DNA from: Octopus sinensis
Taxonomy: Eukaryota
Assembly (NCBI RefSeq): GCF_006345805.1
Contig: NC_043010.1
Coordinates: forward strand, 67,828,001-67,892,000
Direction: 5' to 3'
Length of the DNA: 64,000 nucleotides
In this document: piece after piece, positions 1-9,400 of the stretch
Numbering within the stretch: position 1 is the first letter of the stretch
Layout: every line of letters starts with the position of its first letter
Translations under genes and position numbers: made by a program
Notes under the pieces: model-generated
What the model was told of the DNA's origin: nothing
What the model saw: only the letters and a program-made list of their open reading frames with translations
Database searches by the model: none

Positions 1-54
1 CTCACGGCAAGTTCACTGTACCCCTTTCACTTTTTGTATATATACATATATATA

Positions 55-205
55 TATGATGGGCTTCTTTCAGTTTCTGTCTACCAAGTCTAGTCACAAG
101 GCTTTAGTCGGCCCAGGGCTATAGTTGAAGACACTTGTTCAAGGTGCCACATAAGAGGACTGAACCCAGAACCACGTGGTTGGGAAGCAAGCTTCTTACT
201 ACACA
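55..205 (-). mobile_element. SINE group B head (tRNA-derived, CORE-like, possibly OR2-related)
   Basis: Matches many other copies in the window. Carries a gtggcaccttgggcaagtgtctt-type core and pol III A/B-box-like head. The family name is from recall. Confidence 0.75.
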
Positions 206-234
206 CCCATGAAAAAAAAAAAAAAAAAAAAAGG

Positions 235-3200
235 GAGTACAAGGCCAGTAATTTTAGTAGGACCATTTCTCAAACTGGGACTTTTTTTTGACTTTGGAAG
301 GACGAGAGGATTTTTGTCTGATGCTGTAACTATTCTACCATCTCACCATCGTTAATAATAATAATAATAATCCTTTCTAATAAAAGCACAAGGCTCGAAA
401 TTTTTGGAGGAGGGGACTAATTGATTACATCAACCCCAGTACTTGACAGGTACTTATTGACCTCAAGGGGATGAAAATCAAAGTCAACCATGGTGGGATT
501 TGAACTCAGAACGTGAAGATGGATGAAATGCTGCTAAGCATACTGCCTGGTGTGCTAATGATTCTGCCAGCTCGCCCTCTTAATAATAATGCTTCTTGGC
601 ACAAGGCCAGCAATTTCGGGGAAGGAATGGGTTGATTAGGTTAACCCCAGTACTCAACTGGTACTTATTTTATCATTCCCCGGAAGGGTGAAAGGCAAAG
701 TCGACCGCAGCAGGATTTGAACTCAGAATGTAAAGACAGATGAAATACCACTAAGCAACTTGCCTGGCGTGCTAACGATTCTGCCAGCTCACTGCCTTAA
801 TAATAATAATAATAATAATAATCCTTTCTACCGAAAGCACACGGCCATGAAATTTTGTGGGAGGGGACTAGTTGATTACATCAACCCTAGTGTTTGACAA
901 GTTCTCAATTTATTGACCCCGAAAGGATGAAAGGCAAAGTTGACCTTGGTGTAATTTGAACTCAGAACGTAGTGACGGGTGAAATACCGCTAGGCATTTT
1001 GGTCGGTGTGCTAATGATTCTGCCAGCTCACCACCTTAATAATAATGATAACAACAACAACAACAATAATCTTTAAATAAGGATTTCTCAACATGAGACA
1101 TTGCCTTAAATTTCGAGGCTCAGAACAATCAATAAATATCGACCTCAGTATATTGCTGGTACTTTCTACTTTCTTCACCCCGCCTGCTGCCCCAGAAAGG
1201 ATGAAAGGCAAAGTCAACAACTATAGAATGAAAATATTAATAATGGTTTCTGGTTCCGGCACAAGGATAGCAAATTTAAAGGGGGGCATGGTAAAGCAGA
1301 TACCAACAGCCTGGTTGTTGACTGGTCCATTACTTTGGCAACACCCCTCCAAAAAGAAAAAAAAAAAGACATGAAAGGCATAGCTGACCTTGGCGGGAAT
1401 AATAATAATAATAATAATCCTTTCTACTATAGGCACAAGGCCTGGATTTTGTGAGGAGGGGGAACAGTCAATTACATCGACCCCAGTTTCAACTGGTACT
1501 TATTTTATCGACCCTGAAAGGGTGAAAGGCAAAGTCAACCTCAGCAGAATTTGAACTCAGAATGTAGCGAATGTGTGAAATACCGCTATGCATTTTGTCC
1601 AGCATGCTAACGATTCCGCCAGCTTGCCACCTTTATAATAATAATAATCTTTTCTACTATAGGTACAAGGCTTGAAATTTTTGGGGTGGGGAGCGGGGCT
1701 AGTTTATCATAGTGATCCCCAAAAGTATAAAAGGTGAAGTTGACTTCGGGAGATGAAATGCTGCTAAGCAATGTTGTCTGGTGTACTAAAGGTTCAACCT
1801 GCTAATTTAGATACAAGGCCAAGGGAGGTGGTTAGTTGATTACATTGGTCCCAGTATATGACTGGTACTCTTATTTTTTTTTTTTTTATCGACCAAGGAG
1901 AGATGAAAGGCAAAGTCGACCCCGGTAGGATTTGAACCCAGAAAGCAAAAAAAAAAAAAAAAATCAGAAGAAATACCACAAAGCATTGATCAAACACACT
2001 AAGAATTCTGCCGAACCACTGCCTGACTAATATTGACCCTTTCTACCAAAGGCACAGAGCCTGAAATTTTTGAGGAGGGGACAAGTTGATTATATCGTCC
2101 TGTGTTTCACTGGTCCTTAATTTATCAATCCTGGAAAGATGAAAGGCAAAGTCGACCTCAGCGGAATTTGAACTCAGATAATGCACACGGATGAAACGCC
2201 GCTAAGCATTTTGCCTGGTGTGCTAACAACCGTGCCAGCTTGCTGCCTTCACTGCCCTATTAATAATAAAAGTAATACTTTCTACTATAGGCACAAGGCC
2301 TGAAATTTTGGAAGAGAGCAGGTGGGGGGGGTCTAGTTGATTATATTGACAACCCAGTACACAACAGGTATTTGTTTCATCGACCCTGAAAGGATGAAAG
2401 GCAAAGTCGACCTCAGTGGAGTTTGAACTCAGAACGTAATAAATATTAAAAAATGCTGTTGAGTATTTTGTCCAGCACACAAACAATTCTGTCAGCTCAC
2501 CACCTTTAATAATAGAAATGATTTCTGATTTAGGTGTAAGGCCAACCATTTTGAGGAGGGGTGGTCAGTCAATAATAGTAATAATTATTATTTCTACTCT
2601 AGGCACAAGGCCTTGAAAATCTTTTGTTGGGGGAAGGGGGCAAGTCGATTACATCGACCCCAGTGCATAACTGGTACTTATTTCATCGACCCCCGAAAGG
2701 ATGAAAGGCAAAGTTGACCTCGGCGGAATTTGAACTCAGAACATAGCAGCAGACGAAATACCGCTAAGCATTTTGCCCGACGTGCTAACCATTCTGCCAG
2801 CTCGCTGCTAGTCCTTTCTACTATAGGCAAAAGGGCTGAAATTTGGTAGGAGTTGGGTAAGTCAATCACACTGACCTCAGTATTTGACTGGTACTTAATT
2901 TATAGACCCTGAAAAGATAAAAGGCAAAGTTGACCTCAGCGGAATTTGGACTCAGAATGTAAAGACAGACGAAATGCCCCTAAGCATTTCACCTGGCATG
3001 CTAACGAGTTTGCTAACTCGCCGCCTTAATAATAATAATAATAATAATAATAAGGATAATAATAATGGTTTCAAATTTTGCCACAAGGGCAGCAATTTTG
3101 GGGAGGAGATGAGTTGATCACATCAACCCCAGTGCTCAACTGGTACTTATTTTATCAACCTCGAAAGGATGACAGGTAAAGTCAACCTTGGTGGAATTTG

Positions 3201-3276
3201 AACTCAGAACGTAGCAGCAGATGAAATACTGCTAAGCATTTCACCCAGCATGCTAATGATTCTGCTAGCTCACCGC

Positions 3277-3320
<44 letters not shown>
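235..3320 (-). mobile_element. Head-to-tail pile of ~12 diverged SINE group A copies separated by (AAT)n
   Basis: Recurring ~210-bp unit (gaaaggatgaaaggcaaagtcgacctcggcggaatttgaactcagaac), all on one strand. The reverse complement has tggcagaatcg (A box) and gagttcaaattcc (B box). Confidence 0.9.
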
Positions 3321-3321
<1 letters not shown>

Positions 3322-3468
3322 CATGATATCAAGCATTTGAGGTATTTCTAGTTCTGCATCCCAATTACAACATTATTTTTGTTTTAGTTTCCATCTTTTA
3401 TATATAGATATATACACACACACACACATACATACATACATACTCACACATATGCGATGCAATGGAAA

Positions 3469-6400
3469 TTAGAAACGAGGCCATCTTTGATGGCATTTAA
3501 TGTGATTGGTGAAGTCATCTACTGTCTGAAATGTAAGGCCACAGCATTCAAACGTGAACTTGGTGTTGGAGCCATCATCTGTCTCTGAAGAATTGTCCTC
3601 GGCTCCAGACAGCTGGTCTTGGGTCTCCGAGACCATATCCACTTTGCTATTACTACTACTGCTACTACTACTCGGTCGAACAGCCGAGTGCTGTTCCGCG
3701 TACTTTTTCAAATGGTTGTGTTTCGCTGGTGATTTCTTCTTGGAATGTTTGTTGTTGTTGTTGGTGTCTCTGTTTCGGTAAGTCCGTGAAGAATTGCATA
3801 CAAGCAGGTGTTCGGACATTGGGCATTCGAGTTTTTCTCTGCAGTTGTAACATTTGTGGATGTCAATTTCTTTCGCATGGCTTTGGCGGTGCTCCAACAA
3901 CAAAGGTACACCAAGAAATGGCTTGCCACAAATGTCACAGGCAAACACGGCACAACGTTTGCTGACAGGATCTCCAACCCTCTGTTGTTGCCTCTGCAAG
4001 ACATTCGGTATTTTTAACTTTGGGGTTTTGTTAGCAGGAAGGGACTCGTGGAGGAGCATGTTCGGTTTATCTTTACGTAGAGAACAGTGAGTTAAATGGA
4101 TTCCTAAGTCATTCAGAGATTCGCAGACTTTTCTACAACATCTGCAGTGTAAGGTTGCCGTAAAAGACTCATTGTGGCACTGACGGTGTAGCAGCCCTTC
4201 CTTGATAGAAGGGAATTTCCTGCCACAAAAATCACATCTGAATAAACCCTTTGTTTGGTTCTGGTTTGGAGGAACAAATTTTGGACTAGAATCACTTAAA
4301 CTCTTTCCACTGGTGTAGTTTTCTCCACTACTCAGTCCAGACACTGAGGCACTACCACTTGCGACACATGTGAGCAAGTGTTCGGCCATACAACCTGGTT
4401 GGATGAAAACAGCTGAACACAAGCGGCATTTATAGGGCATCTCATTAGTATGGCCTCTTCGGTGACGCATAATCCAATTGCTACCTGCAAATGTCTTTCG
4501 GCAGAAATCACAGTGAAAAAGCCTTTGAAGTTTCTGTCGGTCTGCAAAGACAAACCGACGCCAGGAATGTGCTGTGCCGTTTCTGATTATCATCGGAGGT
4601 GATGTCACTGTTTTACCATTGGCTCTTGGAGAATCATAACCCGTACGCCGACTCAGGCAACAAGAAGCCAAATGATCAGCAAACACACCAGACCGGTAAA
4701 AAACTGTATCGCATCGGCGGCACCTAAATATTCCTTCCTCTTGTACGTGATCTTTGCGATGTTTCATGACTCGTAAGCTATGGCCGAACCTTTGGCTGCA
4801 GAAGTCACATTTATACATCTTATCGGAATTATGCTGTCTCAGAGATCCGTCAGAACTGCTGTCTTTTGATTGCAAACGGCACCAGCTGAGATGTTGGGCT
4901 AGATCCTGTGAGGTTGGCAAAATTCGCCTGCAGTTACGGCACCAAAGACTCGTGTCGCTGATGTGTTTTACTCGGTGTTTTATGAGATTAGCTGCAACGG
5001 CAAATGCTTCTTCGCAAAAGTCACACCGGAATTTCGACTTCTTGCAGATCAAATTGAGGCTTTCTGCAAACTTCTCCAGTGAACTACCATATTCACTGTC
5101 ATCAGAGCTGTGAGCATCGGTGCCTTTCTCATCACTTTTTAAAGCATTTTCTACACTTTGAGAAGGGCCTAAATTACAAAACGTAATTTCTTCTTTAAAA
5201 GGTAACACATTTTCTCTCCCACGATTTTCTTCCCGTTCTGAATGTCCAAAGTTTGTTTGGAGAGGTGAGTCGTTCTGACATTTTTCAAGATAATCTGTAT
5301 TATTCTTTATTGAGGGACAATCAGAGAGAGAAGTTTCTGCCTGAAGAGGAGTCTTTGGTAATAATGGTGCATTATATTCTTCAGTAGATGACAAATTGGC
5401 TTTTAATTGATGCTTATTTTCATTGTAGATATTCTGTTGATTTCCAGAATCTGAGGAAGCCAATAAATTTCCGGAACTTTCCCCTACCATCAACTTACAT
5501 TTTTTGTTAGGCTGTGTAAGCAACACCTCTTCATTTGATTGGTTAAAATAACTTTGATAGTCCAATGAACTCTTCCGCTTTTCGTTGGCTAGTTGCATTG
5601 ACGAGACAGTGGAGGAGAAGGAACTGAAATCAGATGGCTTGCCACTGCTGCTTGGCACTCTACTGGACGGAAGACTGGTACTTTCAGTCTCTGATGTGTT
5701 ATTTAGTTGATTTAAAGAAGGCAAAAGGTGAAGTTGGCTTTTAGCAGCCACATTATCATACGTATGTAATTTTAAATGTTGTTTTGATTCTTCACTCTGA
5801 GAGTGTCCAGTGTCTTTATTACAGCTGTTAGGAATGCTGTCTTTCCGTTGGTTTATCTTCCAAGGACGATGTATTTGTTGAATGCATAACCGACACTTTT
5901 TCTTCCCCTCCTCCACAACAGTCAGTTGCCTGCTGGGAAAATGTAAACCACAAAAATCACAAAGTGGAAATGTATTTAGAAAACGCTTACAATCGGCCGA
6001 CCGTCCAGCGGAACGCAGCTTAGAAGAGGCCAAAGCTTCAGAATTCATCAGCGCCCTCTTCGCTAATTTGTAATCTTTCTTTGTTGGGCGTCTGCAACTT
6101 GTTAAGTGTGATGCAATTTGGTGAGAGTGCACGAAGCCCTCCCCACAGACACGGCATTCAAATATCGTCTCTTGTGTGTGCAGCTTTCTGTGACGTATGA
6201 TCCAGTTATTGCTGCCGAAGTCTTTGCCGCAGAAATCACAAGTGTAAATAATTTTATTCTCCTGGTGGTTTTCTATTGTTGATGAGTCTGTCATTTTGTT
6301 ATTCATAAGAAATCCAATTTCTTTGCTCTGGTGTTGTTGATTGGGGCTTTGATTGGAATTTTCCTGGTTCGAATTAGAACGGTTTGGCAACTCTGAGTTT

Positions 6401-9400
6401 CCTTTCGTCGAAGTATGTTTACACACAATCAAATGAACGGCCATTTCGTGCGATATATCAAAACAGTCTCCGCAGTTGCGACAAGTGTAACGTGACTCTT
6501 TGGTGTGCAACCGCCGATGTCGCATAACCCAGTTGTTACTAGCGAATGCTTGTCCGCAGAAATCACAGTGAAATATTTTAGAATTTACTGGTTGGTTCCA
6601 CTGTTTCATTACAGAAGAAGCCACAGGTTTGCTAGGTTCGTTAACATTGTTAACGGAGCTGCCATCATCTGCAGACGTGTCTTTCGGAGTGTCGGCAGAA
6701 GGTTTGCTCAGTGGTTCTTCTTCAGCATCTTCCGTTGCTCTCATTTCGGCATTTGCACTACTGGAGATGCTGCTACTTGGCTTCTTAACAGACAAGTTCA
6801 GTGGTTTCATTGATACATTAAATTGCATGGAGCTCGAGGAATTAATCTCCATATGCACGTACTGGTGTTGTATCATTTGAGATTCCGTTGCAAACGCTTC
6901 GTTGCAAAATGTGCAGCGAAACAGATCTAAAGGATTTTTAAATATGTTGGGTTCCTGTTTGAATTGCTGTGGCTTCGGTAGCAGTTCTCTGTGACCGGGC
7001 AAAGGGTACAAATGTTTGGTATTGTTGCTAGTCTTGCAATTAACCCATGGACAGTGGCTGAGATGTTTGGCCATGTTTCCAGGGGTGCTTGCCACATACC
7101 CACATATCCTGCACAAGTATTTCTTCTCCGAAGTATGGAACCTACGGTGACGCATTATCCAATTACTCCCACCATATTCCTTCTGGCAGAAATCGCAACG
7201 ATATTGTTTCGTTTCAAACGAGGCGGGAACACTATGTTTTTTCGTTGGGCTACAAGGATGTGAGAAATGCACCGCCAAATCGTTTAAATTAATGAACAAC
7301 TTTCCACATCTACGGCAGTTCATCGACATTGTGTGCCGACACCGATGTCTAAGCAACGAACTGGCATTTGGGAAACCTTCAGAGCAATAGTCACACTTGT
7401 AACTATCCTTGGAAGCTATAGTATTAAGAGGCATTTTAGTGGGTGATGATGAAGGTTTAATCAAAGTACTGTTGTTAATGGTTAGTGATGGTTTTGCATT
7501 CCAAGACTCTTTCCTTTCCTTTGGACTAGTTTCTTTCAGACACTCTGAAAATTTAGCCGTTCCTTTTTCTTTCTTCAGCAAACAGGGGTCTTCGAGAGCA
7601 TTTCCTGAAAGTGAATAGTCATAAGGTTGAGAACTTTTCTGGGGACAGTCCTGCAAATGACCGGCCAATTCGTATTGGTTTTCTAAAATGCTTGCGCAGT
7701 CGGGACACTGATAAGGCAGAGACCCGTCCGGATGAGACTTCCGATGCTGCAGCAAGATCGACGGGAGCAGAAATGTTTCGGGACAGAAGTCACACTGCAG
7801 TACACGAGCAGTTAGTTGCTGCGATACAAGGGGAGGGGCAAATGTAGTAGGAGGAGGAGGAGGAGAAGGTAAAGAAGATGATGGAAGGGAAGGAGGAGGT
7901 ATACATGGAGGTGGAGGAGGAACTGAAGAAGGAAGAGAAGGAAGTGGAGGAAAGGCAGGAGGAGAAAGAGAAAGAGAAGGAAGTGGAGAACAAGCTTGAC
8001 GGCGGGGTTTGTCATTTGACATATTGTGAACAGTTCTGGTATCCTTGTTGATGGTCCTTGCTACTTCATTGTTGAAGCCAGCAGGGGAAGGGACAGTGAG
8101 GGCACTAGCACTAGGAGTGGTTGTGTATACCACTGCTGCTGTTTCAGATGTACCCCCAATGTGACTGCTGCTGTCTGTATTTTGATTGTGGAAGATTTTG
8201 ACATCGTCCTGCAGATGGCTTTCACTGCGTTTGACCAGATTCAAAGAATTTTCTGTTTTTGCACCAATGAAAGACTTCTTTCCTTTCTGTTGATTTTCGT
8301 AAATAACTTCACTCTGAGGCACTTCAGTGTTTGCGTGAATGGGGTTCCCTAAAACTATGACCGATTTTTGCCATAACGTGGGATCGGTATCAGAAACAAT
8401 TGGAGCTGAAGTTGTTACGGTTGAGGTCACATTTGGAATTTGGTTTAAAGTACTGTTCTGTTCAAAATTTTTCATTGCCATCGATGATGACGCATTCATC
8501 ATCAAAGAGTGGGGTTCCGTCGGAAGGTGGCAGGAACCAAGGTGTTTACTGATCTCGACTGATCTTGCGAAGACTTGGTGACAGTTTTGGCAAATGTAAG
8601 AATCGCCGTTGGAGTGGCTCCGTCGGTGCCGCATAACCCATCGGGCACTGGCGTAAGTCTGACCACAAAGGTCGCAAGAGAAAACCGATGTGTTTTCATC
8701 GTCTCGGATAAATGCCTCGGGCGAGTTTGGCTTGTGGCTGTAAGACGCTGCTGCTGCTGCCGCGGCCGATTCTGCGAACATCTGCGTAGAGCTGATCTGG
8801 GGACAAACAGCTAGATGCTTACCGAGGTCAGCAGACCGAGAAAACTGCCCACGACAGCGCTGACAAGTGAGGTTCTCTTCGGTGAAATGCTGTTTGCGAT
8901 GGCGTATGACCCAACGAGCATTTGCGAAGCTTTGGGGGCAGTAGTCACAGTGGAAATTGCTTTCCCACACCTGCTTGTTTTCACCTGTCGTTACTGTTTG
9001 ATTATCGTTAATCGCTATTGTTGTTGTTGCTGTGAGATTGGTATTGGTGTTGGTAGGGGTGGTGGTCACATTTGTCATATCTGTTTTAATAGTCGCACTG
9101 CTTTCATCAGAGTCGGCTATGGATTCTATCGAATTACATAATGTTGCCACATCTGGAGCATTGTCCTTGTTATTATTATTATTATTATTATCATCATCAT
9201 TTTCATTTTCACATAAAATCACATCGTCTGTAACATTATCACTCTCACACACAATTGCAATTTCCGATGTGTTATCCTTCTCGTATAAAGTCACATCATC
9301 GGCACCGTTATCGCTATCACACAGGGTTGTATCCGGAGTGTTATCGTTTTCACATATGGTGACATCATCTGGGGCGTTATCACTTTCGCACGCGCTAGTT

